Part shown: piece after piece, positions 28,161-41,383 of the stretch
How the letters are laid out: every line of letters starts with the position of its first letter
How positions within the stretch are numbered: the first letter of the stretch is position 1
Assembly: GCF_009914755.1 (NCBI RefSeq)
Contig: NC_060926.1
DNA: 64,000 nt
Direction: 5' to 3' (one strand)
From: the human T2T-CHM13v2.0 reference genome, Homo sapiens
Made by a program: the position numbers and the translations under genes
Notes under the pieces: generated by a model
What the model saw: the letters and a program-made list of their open reading frames with translations, nothing else
Database searches by the model: none
What the model was told of the DNA's origin: nothing

Positions 28161-29875
28161 TATATCCATTTTACATGGTGGAATTATGGTGTTTACTTTC
28201 TTGCTTGTGTTTCTGTATTTTTCAAACTGAAAGTATGAATAGCAAACAATATTGTGTTTTGAGAAAAAAATACACAGCATGGATTTTGGAGTCTGGCAAA
28301 GATGTGTCCTAGCTATTGCACTTGGGCAACTAACTTTCTCTGAGCCTGCACTTCCTCATTTGTTAAATTAAGAGAATAACTATTTTGACCTCACCAGGTC
28401 AAAGCTCTCCAGGTTGTTGTCAGGAGTGAGAAATGCATGGGAAATTAGCAGAGTGCTTAGCACAGAAACTGGCTTAGGAAAAACTCAGTAATAAATATTC
28501 TGCATTATTATAGGTTATTTCAAAACACCCATCTGGTGCACAATATGAAAATCTCTGCATTTCTAATTCAGGTCTTTGTCTCTCTTGTTCTACAAGTTTG
28601 TTCTTGCTATTATATCTACCTACTTTTACACCCAGAAAACCAAACTTCCCCTTCTTTGCCTCATCATTGTGACTCTGAGTTGGTTTTCTGTTACTTGTTC
28701 ACACTGAGCTTCTTCCCACTTATTTTTGACTTCAGAGCAGGAATTTTATCCTGGCTACAAACAACACCACAACTCTTTATCTACCCCTGCCTTTGCCTTG
28801 TACCTGGAGGCTGGGTCTTGCTTTTTACTGAACTCTGCTGCTTTTGATGGGATGATCAGTGAAGGACAGTTGACACCAGGCCAGTGCATGTGGGAAGCTG
28901 TCAGAAGAGTAAGGGTCATGTAAACAACAGATCAAGAGAATGAGGAGCAAAGACAGGGCAGAAGAAAAGCAATGTTATCATTCTCTCCCCTTGTTTCACA
29001 AGCCTGCCTTATCTTCTCATTGCCTTTGTCTGTTGGCTTTAAAAGCTGTGCTATGTTCAGCTCATGGTTAGTACAAGGTGTTTCTAATTGCCTTTCTGGA
29101 TTCTCACCGCCTGAAGTACAACCTCCCATGGTGTAGCACAGTTCACATCTAAAACCGTGCAATTTCCATATTCTGGGCAATAACTCCTCAGATGAAGATG
29201 GTTGTACATGTTCTCTGAAATTCAGTGACAGGAAAGAGAAAAAAAATGCAAAACTTTGTGAAAATATGTGGCTTCCTCAGGTATGGTCTTTTTCCTAGTT
29301 CTTTCACAATTAATGAGATGAGCCTCTCAATCAGAGCTGGATGAGATGCAAACAAGGAGCAGGAACTTAAGATGAATTTGGAATAGCACAAGTGGCTGGG
29401 AACACCTGTACTCCTCGAAGTGGGAGAAAAGTCCCGGATTTCTTATGTATTTTTTTAAAATCAGAAATTTTTGTTGTTGCTGTTGTTGTTCCTATCCAGC
29501 ATCTGTAACTAGGTGATTCAGAATAAACTCTTGAATTAAGATGGTATTTTTTTAACCATTTTTTCATCAGATCAATATGTTAGTTCACTTATTTTAGTTT
29601 TAGATTTACTGGATGTTCTCAGGATAGCAAACTCAAAGGAAAAAATAAACAAATTGGCTTATATTTCAAAGTTTTAGGCTGGGAGTTGACAGGAGAAACC
29701 TGTGGAAATTAACAAAGGAGAAGAGTTTCCAAGGCCTTCCTTGCTCACATATGGATTTGTGGAGGATTTGAACACAGCTAGGGTCCCCTCCAACAGCAGG
29801 CAAGGAATACTCAGGCCAGTGCATACAGGAGGCTCAATTCTGGATGTGTGAATGTGGCTGTTTTTTCCTGGAGCA

Positions 29876-30180
29876 TTTATTTATTGGTTTATTGAGACAG
29901 TTTCACTCTGTCAGCCAGGCTGGAGTGCAGTGGCACATTCGTGTCTCACTGTAGCCTTCACCTCCTGGGCTCAAGTGATCCTCCCGCCTCAGCCCCCAAA
30001 AAGTATCTGAGACCACAGGTGTGTATGTACCACCATGCCTGGCTAAGTTTTTCTTTTTTTGTAGAGATGGGGTCTTGCTATGTTGCCTAGGTGGGTCTCA
30101 AATTTCTAGGCTTAAGTGATCCTTCTGCCTTGGCCTCCCAGAGTATTGAGATATCAGGCATGCGCCACCATGTCTGGCCC
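29876..30180 (-). mobile_element. Alu (AluJ-like)
   Basis: cctgggctcaagtgatcctcccgcctcagcc and gtcttgctatgttgcctagg are J-type features. Confidence 0.88.
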
Positions 30181-31387
30181 CCATTTATTAATAGAATATT
30201 TACCATGGGTCATAGGCAGGAAGCATTCATTGCCAACTGTCACTTCCCTAGGGTTTCTAGAAAATCAGAAGATTGAAAATGTGAGTAAATGTTTCTTACT
30301 ACGATTGAAATGTAGGAGAGGAAGGAAGCATTTCTGAAAATGCAAATCCTGCTTTAAGGTAGCAGCTCTCTACAGGGGAATTTACTGTGGGTGTCTTGGC
30401 TCCTTACGAAAAGAGAGAGCAAATGCTTCACAGATCCCCTGATCTTCCTTTGTTCTTTTTTGCTTTTGTCACTGTAACTAAACTCTCATGATACCTGTGA
30501 TTTCAGTTGTTTGTGGTCTATGTAGCATCTTTATCTCTGTCAGTCAGAATTGCAGAACTGGTGGTGGTTACTTAAGTTGGAATACAAATATGTGGGCATG
30601 CAAACAAATGTACATGCAGTAAACATTTGATCTACAGAAGGGCCTTTGAGTGGTCTCTTCTCTAGGGCCTGATTGCTTCTGGGCTGTTGACAGCACAGCT
30701 CAGTGCTGCAAAGGAAGGGAACATGTTACTGGCTGAACTAGAAGGAAGTTTTATATTTGCCATCTCTGAATAATTCTTTTTCCCCACATGAGGGATCTAA
30801 AAGTGTCTGAAAAGAAACACATATGCTGTTGCAGATATGAGCATCATGATTATAGGTGTGCATACCTAGTATGTATATGTCCAAAAAACATTCTTGGCGA
30901 CAGGCTATTCCTGACTTTGCTTCCCCTGAAACTGAATGCAAAACCAGTGTCATTAAATATGCTGCTTTGTTGCCAAAGGGACACTTCTTCCATTTGATTT
31001 AAAAATATCACTAGGTCTTCTTTGTGCAGACATCCTTTAAAATACAAACACTGCTTTATCTAATGCAGCTATACTGTATGTATACATCTTTTTCTTTAAA
31101 ACAAAAAAAGACAAAACCAGATTTATGGATAACATGAACTGCTTTCTGGATACGCAAACAAACACCAATGAAAACATTTTTTTAAAATTAACAGACATCA
31201 ACTGGTATAAATACACTGTCTAAAGCATTTAATGGTCTTTCTTTAACACAGCCAACTCCCCCGGGTTTGAAACAGTGTTAAATTCTCTCTTGCTTGTGGC
31301 AAAAGAAGCTGTCAAGTCCAACACTGAAAAATTGGTACCATTTCCTGGCCAGTAAGCACAGAACAGAGGGGCTAAATATTTTATGGT

Positions 31388-31393
31388 TTTATT
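31388..31393 (-). terminator. Candidate poly(A) signal, LYPD1
   Basis: tttatt on + (AATAAA on -), about 70 nt upstream of the GPR39 exon 2 acceptor. Confidence 0.5.
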
Positions 31394-31460
31394 CATTTAC
31401 TGTGTTCTCATGCTGTGTTTTTCTTTTCTCTGTCTCTCCCTCCTGCTCGTGTCTGCCCAG

Positions 31461-31966
31461 GGCTGATTGTTGTGACATTGGCCGTATGCTGGATGCCCAA
31501 CCAGATTCGGAGGATCATGGCTGCGGCCAAACCCAAGCACGACTGGACGAGGTCCTACTTCCGGGCGTACATGATCCTCCTCCCCTTCTCGGAGACGTTT
31601 TTCTACCTCAGCTCGGTCATCAACCCGCTCCTGTACACGGTGTCCTCGCAGCAGTTTCGGCGGGTGTTCGTGCAGGTGCTGTGCTGCCGCCTGTCGCTGC
31701 AGCACGCCAACCACGAGAAGCGCCTGCGCGTACATGCGCACTCCACCACCGACAGCGCCCGCTTTGTGCAGCGCCCGTTGCTCTTCGCGTCCCGGCGCCA
31801 GTCCTCTGCAAGGAGAACTGAGAAGATTTTCTTAAGCACTTTTCAGAGCGAGGCCGAGCCCCAGTCTAAGTCCCAGTCATTGAGTCTCGAGTCACTAGAG
31901 CCCAACTCAGGCGCGAAACCAGCCAATTCTGCTGCAGAGAATGGTTTTCAGGAGCATGAAGTTTGA
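31461..31966 (+). CDS. GPR39: GPR39 (zinc-sensing ghrelin/neurotensin-family class A GPCR), coding exon 2
   Basis: Polypyrimidine tract and ...gtctgcccAG acceptor at 31459-31460. Translation [20 protein letters not shown]...[24 protein letters not shown]...GFQEHEV* has the TM6 CWxP, TM7 NPxxY and helix-8 FR motifs and matches GPR39 as recalled. TGA at 31964-31966. Exon 1 is upstream, outside the window. Confidence 0.97.
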
Positions 31967-32404
31967 ATGTCAAGCGAGGGAGCCTTGAGTGGGAACTGGC
32001 CCTCCAGCCCTAAGAAAACGTCACTCTCACTCTGCAGTCTCAAACTATGCCCCCATCAGGGATGGAATGGACACTGGAGGCTTTACAAAAGGCAGATGCC
32101 CACCTCAGTGACTTCTAAGGACTGACTCTGCCAGCCTGGCCTTGACTCCGGTTACACAGACATGGGGGTGAACTTTCACTCCACCTCCTTCCTTCAAGTA
32201 CATACTGAAAATTCAGTCAGGCTGAATTTATTCAGAATGCTTTACCGAGCTCTTTCATTATTTGCACAGGAACAAAAGAGAACACGGACTCCCGCTCCCT
32301 ACCCAGAATAAAAGGACACCCAGAAGAAACTCACTCAGGGAGGTGGGGGGTTGGGGGCGAGGGCTGGAAGAACAATGCAGGAGGGGGTGGCATCTCCTTC
32401 AGCT

Positions 32405-32640
32405 TCAGCAGTGTGCCGAGAAGAGGGCTAATTTGAGGAACAGGATGGTGGTGCGGAGCCCTGGCCTGAGGGCCGAGGCAGAACTTCCCCTTTTCTTGGG
32501 CCTTGGCCCGTTACAAAGAGGGGTGTTGCAGCAGCTGATGCAAACTGAGTTCAGTTTCCCTGGGGAGCAGAAGGACTGGTACCCGGCAGAGGCGATGAGA
32601 CAGGCCGCTGATGATGCACAGGACTTGCGGTACATGATCC
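32405..32640 (-). CDS. LYPD1: LYPD1 coding exon 3 (C-terminal LU domain and GPI-signal-like tail)
   Basis: Acceptor tgtgttacAG| at 32642-32641. Encodes GIMYRKSCASSAAC...SVCISCCNTPLCN...TILFLKLALFSAHC* with the CCxxxxCN LU signature and a hydrophobic C-terminus. 52+138+236=426 nt = 141 aa + stop. Confidence 0.96.
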
Positions 32641-32894
32641 CTGTAACACAGACCCAAAGGAGCTGAGTTAACGTGCACCGGCAAAAGAATAGCTGTCCCT
32701 CTCAGCCCAAATCCAAACGGACAGCTCTTCCTTACTCCTCCCACAGCCCAGAGACTAGGTGAGGTCAGGGAAGTGCTTCGGATTGTCTCATTGATATTCA
32801 AGATAGATGGTGAAAGAGACAGGCACTATTTCATTAGTTTTAACAAAACTGTTCCAAAAGCGATTTGAGATGCCAATACCTGTGAATACCTGTT

Positions 32895-32900
32895 AATAAA
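32895..32900 (+). terminator. Candidate distal poly(A) signal, GPR39
   Basis: AATAAA followed by T/GT-rich downstream sequence. Confidence 0.55.
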
Positions 32901-33499
32901 GAGCTGTTAAATAGACTTATTTACATTTTAAGTCAGAGTTCACACTGTGTACAAGACACAGCTTTTTATTTACTTTGTTTTTGGTTCAAACTGTCTCATG
33001 CCAGTGAGGCCCACAAGCAGTGCTTCTAGATTTTATCTCATTTTGCTTTATAAGCGGCCACAGAGCGCTGGCTCTCAACTATGTGTTGATGAAATCCTGG
33101 AGTTCTTTGAAGACAGACCAAATCCCGAAGGGAAATAAATGTATCCCTACTGAATGGGCCCTGAGTTTTCCACGGGATTTAGTGAAGGGGCACCTGGCTG
33201 ACCGTGTGTCCCTCACAGTCTTATTCTAAGGAGAAACGCTCTGTCGTCAGGACACATGGCCATCTGCCAAGCCAGTACCACGCAGCTAGCACTCAATGAC
33301 ACACACTGGGTGCAAAAAAAAGCTTCCCAAGAAGACTAGGGGGCCTGTCTCAAAGAGCATGTGTGTCCTGTCAAGCTGCAGTATAGTCAGTCATCAAATT
33401 AGGGTGTCTTAATCATAAGGTGGAAGTTTATTCAATTCAAATAATACTAGCTAAACTTTTATTTAAGGGCTTCCCTGTCTGTCTCCCAGGCACTATTCA

Positions 33500-33680
33500 G
33501 ACACCCTTAGCGTGTCAGCTTCTTCACTACCCCAAGCAATCCTACAAGGGAGGCCCTCATGATTACCCCCATTTTACAGATGTGAAGCCTCAGGGCTAGA
33601 TTTAGTAACTTGCCCAAGGTCACATGAACAGGAAGTGGAGCAGCTGGGATTTGAACCCAGCATTCTGGCTCCATGCTGTC
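33500..33680. mobile_element. MIR SINE (one of many; others near 2570-2700, 4120-4270, 9950-10080, 18920-19150, 19240-19370, 37110-37350, 60600-60790, 63080-63300)
   Basis: MIR core ccccattttacagatg...taacttgcccaaggtcacatg...ctgggatttgaacccag. Confidence 0.75.
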
Positions 33681-33801
33681 AAGACGGTGTTTACTGTATA
33701 GCAGTAAATTGGATTGCCAATTAACCACAAAAATAACCGGGGATTTTTTAGGGGGAGAGGGTTTACTTTGAAGATAGCTTTTGTTGTGTATGTATGTGGC
33801 T

Positions 33802-33990
33802 TTTTTTTGAGACGGAGTCTTGCTCTGTCGCCCAGGCGCCCGCCACCACACCCGACTAACTTTTGTAGTTTTAGTAGAGATGGGGTTTCACCGTGTTAGC
33901 CAGGATGGTCTCGATCTCCTGACCTTGTGATCCGCCTGCCTCAGCCTCGCAAAATGCTGGGATTACAGGCATGAGCCACTGCGCCCGGCC
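33802..33990 (-). mobile_element. Alu (AluY-like) with internal deletion
   Basis: Both Alu ends present, with TSD tatgtggct. Most of the right arm is missing. Confidence 0.9.
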
Positions 33991-36139
33991 ATATGTGGCT
34001 ATTTTATATCAATGAATTATTTTTTTTGGATAGATGATAGTGTTTAATACTAAAGCTAGACTTAGAATTAACAGGTCTTAATCCTGTTTGCTGCCTTGCA
34101 CAGCTGAGGGATATAGCATCCCACCAGCAGCCGGGGCTCCTTACCCACTCCTTTCCTGCAGGTATGTGGGCAGGTGTGGTTTTGGTTTTGGCTCCGTCCT
34201 CGAGAATTGCCACTTTGGGTGCTATAGAAACATTAAGGAATGAAACTGCCTAAAACTTCCAAGTGGGAGGTAAAGAAGTACTTTAGATTTACCGTAAAAC
34301 ATGCAATTTTATGTCATTTTTTCCCCTCTAACTGCATGTTTGTAGGGATTGATTTTCTAAGACCATTACAAAATCCTGGAAGGCAGCTGCTCTGGTAAGA
34401 TAAAGTCGAGGTACAGAGGATGCCTGTATCTATGTGTGGGAGGCACTGTTTGATTTCTAAGGAATACACTTCAGGGAATTGCCCATAGTCTCTACATTTG
34501 CCATCCATGGCCCTTTTTAGGAAATCATTCTACTCTTTTTATTCCTAAGTATGAAAAACATTAACTGGCATTTATTTGCCACTTCCACTACAGTGACCTT
34601 TTTTCTTTAAGTGAATTTTTAAACTTTTAAAAAAATATTACTGAATGTATTTTTCTCTGTAAAAAAGTTCAGTCAGTAAGGTGAAAATGGACCTTGAGTA
34701 CCCCTGCCTGTTCCAGGCCCTCCGCCGTGTTCCCCTAGAGGCAGATGCTGTCATCAGTGTGGCATGCCTTCTTCCAGGCTGGTTTCTGTACATTTACATA
34801 TATGCCCACAGAGAAATAAAGTCCGTGTGTTTGCACACAGTTGTATCACATCCTATACGCTATTCTGCAATTTGCATTTTTATTTAGTGACATGGCTGGG
34901 AGCTTATTTTTAAGGCGAACTTTGCAGGGTTAAGGATCAGTGATGAGGTAGGTTAGTTGGATAAATAGTGCATGTCCTTATGAAGAGATGGACTAACAGA
35001 GCCATAATCTTTACAACTGCTAAGACCCTCATGTCGTTAGTCAGAAACAATTTATCTTCATAAGGAAAGTTGGGGAGAGGTACAAGCTCTCAAGTTGGTG
35101 GTTCAGGAACTGAGGGCACCACAATGAGGCTTTCTGAAGGGGAAGGTTGACAGCTCCATAAGGGGCATTTACTAGATGTTCCAAGAGGGAGGATGGGGAA
35201 AGGTGTCTGATGTCAGATAGGTGTGTCCATTGCCAGGCTGGCCGCTCCAGGCCAGGCACCCTGAGGAGGCATGAGGGTCATGAGGCTCAGGGTAGCTGTG
35301 GGCTTCTATGAGCCTCCCTTGGTTAAAATCTAAGTCTGGAAACTGGCACGAGAGATGCTTTGGGTGAGATTGGATGTGATTAAAGATGTTTCCAACCGGA
35401 TGAAAGGAAATGTGGACCTAGGCATCAAGGTAAGTGACAGGCAACTGGCTGGTGTCAGGGTATGGAGGAGCTAGCTTTGGAGACATTCAAGAAGAAAAAG
35501 TGTGCTAGTTCTAAACTGGGCAGTGGCAGAGGAAGCAGGTAGGAGGTGTTGTGCTAATAGAAATGGGGAAATTTGAGATTAAAGAGGGCTTTCAGAAAAC
35601 AAAGGCATTTTACTCATCTTTTTGATGAAAATCCACGTGGTGGAGATAACACTGTGCCTCCTTTGAGAGGCATGGGATGGGGCTGAGTGGTGAGGCTGGG
35701 GCAGAGGGACTGATATTTGGAAAGGCTGATGTTTGGAGTCTGCAAAGAAGTGGAAATAAGCCACCTCTCCCATGGCTTCAGATAAAGAAAGAAAAGCTTT
35801 CCAGGTTCATTGTAGGCACTTCAGCAGGCAGGCTGGCGATGGGAACGGAGGTGCAGGGACAAACGGGAATGGTTTTGGGGAATGCTGAGAGCTGCCCTGT
35901 AAGGAACATGTGATTGAATACCACACAGGCTGCTAGGTAGCTTTAAGAAAATGGCCCTGAGGTTTAGGCACGAATGGCTGCCTGCACTGGTGCAACTGGT
36001 GAAGAAAGCCACAGGAGAGAGTCGAAGGCACCAAGGAGTAGAGGGGTGTAGAATAAAGACTCACACTGGAAGGAAATAAGGAATGCTGCCAGGTGGGGAG
36101 GGCCCAGTGAGGACTTAGAACTCCTGAACAGTTCCACCA

Positions 36140-37020
36140 TTCACATGCTTAGGATAAATTCCAAGTAGATCTAAGATTTAAATGTTGGGGGATAAAAACC
36201 CCATAAAAGTACTAAACGACACTTTGGAACCTTGGGAGATTTTTTTTTTATGTAAGAGTTGTAAAGGCTATTCTATGACATAACACCCAGAAGCCATTAC
36301 AGAAAATATTGAAAAATTAGACTACACACACACCCACAAACTCTGCCTAATAAAATCCCTATATGTAAGACAAAAAGACAAGTGAAACATTGGAAAAAAT
36401 AATTGTAACTCAAATCACAAAGCAGATTTCCTTAATATGTAAAAAGGTCCTAGAAATCTATAAGGGATAAATAATAAATCAGTAAGGAATAAATAACTCA
36501 TTAGAAAAATAGGGAAAGCAAATGAACAGACAGTTCACAGAAAACGCAACAGAGCTTTGAAACACATGAAAAGATACTCTCTCATATCATAAGAAGAATG
36601 CAAATTAAAACTACACTGAGATGCCATTATTATTTATCACTTGGGCAGAGATTTAAATGTTTATTATAAACACTGTGTTCATGAATCTTATAAAAAGGCC
36701 CTTTCCCACATTGTTGGTTAGGAGAGTAAATAGGTATAATTTCCATGAAGGCAACGTGGCAATAGCTATCAACATTGCAAATGCATGTACTCTGTGACCT
36801 AGCAATTCCACTTTTACGCATGTACCCTACAGACATACTCACATACATACAAAACGACTATACACAAGGTTATTCATGGTAGAGTAGAGTGTCATGGCAA
36901 AAGAATAGACCATCACTCTATCTATCACCAGGGAAGTGGTAAATTTCCAGTGTCTTATCTGCACACTGCAATTCCACAAAGCCATAGAAGATGATACTGA
37001 GTTAAAAACAAAGCAAAGTA
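36140..37020 (+). mobile_element. Ancient L1 ORF2-end/3' fragment
   Basis: aaatgaacagacagttcacagaaaa, gaatgcaaattaaaactacactgagatgccat and gacctagcaattccacttt. Confidence 0.8.
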
Positions 37021-37645
37021 TGTCTGGAAGTTCCCTCCTTCCTTTTCTCTCCCTCCCTTCCTCCTCCTTCCTTTAAAAAAAAAAAACAAAAAACAAAAAC
37101 AAAACCCAAATGAGTTTATGCTTCTTACTATGCTTCAGATGCAGTTTTAAGAGCTTTATGAATATTAACTCATTTAATCTTTGTAGTAACTCTAGCAATA
37201 ATCCTCATTTTGCAAGTGGGGAAACTGAGGCAAAAATAGGGTAGGTAATTTGCTTAGGGTCCATTCAGGTAATATGTTGTGGAGCTGGGATTTAAGCCCA
37301 GGAGATCTGGATTTATAATCTGTACTCTTAACCATTATACTACACTGCCTGCCATGCTATAACATGCATCCATTGGGGAAAATAAAAATTAAACACATTT
37401 TACATGCATATGCATAAAAATGTATGGAAAAATACACAAAAAAGAGATAATATTGGTTGTCTCTGGCGTGAGATTCTAGGCGGCCACAGGATAGGAGTGG
37501 GAAAAAGACTTTTGACCCTTTCTTACCATTTAAAATCAGAACCACGAGAAGAATGATTTTTAAAATGACGTAAATAAACACCCGCAGTCAACCATCCTCA
37601 AATGGCTTCTTTCTCTGTGTAGTACAAGGTCCTTCCTAGCTATGT

Positions 37646-37659
37646 CCACCAGAGGGCTC
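37646..37659 (+). promoter_or_regulatory. Candidate CTCF site
   Basis: CCACCAGAGGGCTC, one mismatch to the CTCF core. Confidence 0.45.
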
Positions 37660-39689
37660 TAGGGAATGACCACTCTCAAGAAAAGAGCCACCAGGAGCTG
37701 CCCCGAAGCTCAAGTCTCAGGGTCACGGGGCAGGGGTATTTGTGCCTGTGGTTCTCTCTGCTTTTCCTTTAACCAGGACCCCATAAGCTCAGGTCTGGGC
37801 CTGAGGGAGGAGGAGCTGTGAGGAAAACAAGGGCCTTGTCATGGACTGCTGGTGGGAGCAGAGACTGGCATAAGGGCAGTCAGAAGGATCTATAATTCAA
37901 AATGCAACAAATAAAACAGTCCCATTCCTCACCATGTACCTTCAAAACAAAACACACTTTCACATCCTTAATAGGGGAAAGGTACATTTATACTATACAT
38001 ATTAAGCAGCAGTTAAAGTACAGAGCTCTATTCTGATCTGGAAGGTTCTCAATGACAGTTCCAGAATGATAGTTAAGCATACCATTTATGTAAGAAAGAA
38101 ACCACAAAGCAATATAATACGTGCTCCAGTGGTGTGTCTGCAGGGGGATGTGTGTGCACACATGTAAGTGCGTGAGTTGCCATCTCTAAGTCATATCATG
38201 GCAAGAGGTCCAGAGGCAATGCACCAGTGTGGTCCCTTGGGTGGTAGTTTGACGGGTCCACAACACGATGAGGCATCTCTGAAACATGAGACAGGTTTGG
38301 CAAAGAACACCACGGTTCGGCACAACTGCAGCAGCAACATGGGCAGGAAGGAATGGCTGGGTTCTAGCTGGACATGGGCCTGGTTTCCCTGAAACCTCAT
38401 GGCTGGCCTCAGAAACCACCACTGCCGGGTTAGGGTAGGAGAAGGTCATGACCAAGAACAGAGGGGGGACATCGTTTGGAGACTTCCCCAAAGAACTGAG
38501 AGATGCTTCCTTCCCTTCATCCCTGCATGATTTTTCTCTTAATCGCTTCTAATACACTACAGATTTTACTAGTGTGTCTTTATTAATAGAACGTAAGCTC
38601 CAGCAATCAGAACAGTGCCTGGCACATAACGACACAAGTATTTACCAAAGGAATGAATGAATAAATGAAGGGAGGAAAAGGAAAAGACGACAGAAGGAAA
38701 GGGGGTTATTTGAAGGGGGTCTGGAAGTGCTTTTCTGACTGGTTTTGAGTAGGATTTTATTCCTACATTGGTGTCACCTGGGTAACAGAGTTTACATAAA
38801 GCTACAATTCACCTCCAGGCCTTGGTTGACAAAGGCAGAACTGTGAGAGGCTCTGATCTTAGTTAACGCAGATGCAGACCCAGAGCTAGAAGGCTCAACT
38901 GGTAGATGAAGGGCTGTCCATCAAACGTGGCTCGGATAATCCCAGCTTGGACCAGCTCCCAGCCGCCCTACCCTGCAGAGGCACAGAGATGTGTCCTGCC
39001 AAGACCAAGTCATTTCTCACGGCTCTAATCCGCAGACCAGGAGTGTGCCCATGGAACACACCACCCACTATCACCAAATTAATCAAGCCACCCAGCGTTT
39101 AAAACTTTAATCCTCTTTAAGTCTTTAGAGGGGTAATGGCCTCCTGGGGGCTCTTGGATTGAGATGGGTGGCTATGCGTGCTTGCTTTAAAAATACCACA
39201 AATTGTTCTCCCTGAGGAAGTCATTTGTATTAATCTGCCTTATTTATTTGGATGTGAATGATGGGCATGCCAAGGAATGAAGGAAAGGATAAACAAAATA
39301 CTGAGGTTACTTCCCAGGCAGTTCATTCCACTGCAGCCATTGTACCTATTCCCTGGGACCCAAGAAATCAGAATATTAACTTCTTTCACCAAGCTCTGGA
39401 GTTTCCAGAAGCCATGATCCTCTCCTTTAATGGCCTTATCATTAAGTAGATCCTCATGTACTTAATGGGATGGAGGAAACTAAAGAAGCTCATGTCCATA
39501 TTTCATTCTAATTCTGAAATAATTCCTTACCCTGAGGAAAGAACATGAACCCTGGAGTCTAACAGACCTAGACTGGAATTCTCCCTGAGCCACTTCCTTG
39601 GATAATACACTTCACTTCTGTAAGCCTCAGTTTGCCTTTCTGGACCAATGACCCAGTGGACAAAGCTGGAGTTTTGGTTGGACTTTCCA

Positions 39690-40600
39690 ACTTCCCAATG
39701 GACAGAGCTGGAGCAATTTGAGCAACAAAATAAATAATGATAGTATTGGATTATAACCCCATCCAATCAGGTAAATACCCATGAGTTCATGCTGACATAG
39801 ATAAATGAGTAAATAAGTATGTGCAGAAGAGACAAGTTTTTCTTACAGAAGGATTCCAGTTAATAAATGCAGAAGGAATGAGGGAAATAGAAATTAAGAT
39901 TAGAACACCATGGTAACAACTGATGTGGGAGAGATCCACCAAAAGACACTGAAATTATTGGCCAAAGTTGGAGGAGAAACAGTGTATTTATATAGTTTCA
40001 AAGTATCTCCCTCAAGTTATTTATTAATTACAATGGAAAAAATAGTAACTTTACAGTGGAAAAACCCAGCAGATACTATCTGAATCAAAAGCGATCAAAG
40101 TTAACATCACCAGTAAGACATTGACAGCATGCGCCCCTTGCTACAGTGCACTGAGAAGGGTGCATCTCTTCTGAGGATTCTTGTCAAAAATGCAAAACCT
40201 CTATCTGTTCATGAGAAAACAGCAGACAATCCCAAACTGAGGGACAGTGTACAAAAATCTGGACCAGTCCTCTTCAAAAGTGTCAACATCACAAAAGACA
40301 TGGAAAGAATGATGCATTGTCAGAGGTTAGAGGAGAAGGAGACATGACAATGAAATGCATGTGGGATCCTGGATAGGATCTTGGAACAGAAAAAGGCAAA
40401 ACTGTGGGAATCTCAAAACAAAGCATGGTTTCATTAACAGTACTGTGCCAATGTTAATTTCCTAGCCTTGATCATCGTACTGCGGTTATGTAGATTGTTA
40501 ACACTAGCCAAAGATGGGGGAAGGATATATAGAAACTGCACTATTTTTGCAGCTTTTCTATAAGTCTCAATTTATTTCCACATACAACATTTTTTAAAAG
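39690..40600 (+). mobile_element. L1MC/ME-type 3' UTR fragment
   Basis: gatcaaagttaacatcaccagtaa, ggatcctggataggatcttggaacagaaaaagg and aatgttaatttcct. Confidence 0.7.
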
Positions 40601-40610
40601 ACATTGGTAT

Positions 40611-40925
<315 letters not shown>

Positions 40926-41096
40926 CTATTAACTGCTTAACTCTTGCCTCAAAGGGCTTGGAGGCTCCTGAAATGACTGGTTTTCATTGTGATGGGAAGA
41001 GAACATTACTGAAGGAATGTTTTTTCTTCAGTCTTAACATCCATCCATGTAAAAGGAAACAAGGAGTCAATTAGTGTGACTCCTGGCCTCTTTCCC

Positions 41097-41383
<287 letters not shown>

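Larger units (their letters stand above)
31365..32404 (-). other. LYPD1: LYPD1 3' UTR antisense to GPR39 exon 2 (end approximate, may extend further)
   Basis: Minus-strand AATAAA at 31393-31388 and ATTAAA at 31233-31228. The LYPD1/GPR39 antisense overlap is established. Confidence 0.65.
31967..32925 (+). other. GPR39: GPR39 3' UTR (end approximate)
   Basis: Follows the stop codon. AATAAA at 32307-32312 and 32895-32900, the latter followed by T/GT-rich sequence. Confidence 0.65.

Noticed and set aside
31294-32666. Alternative-frame and antisense ORFs over GPR39 exon 2 and LYPD1 exon 3
   Set aside because: Shadows of real GC-rich coding exons, many starting at non-ATG codons.
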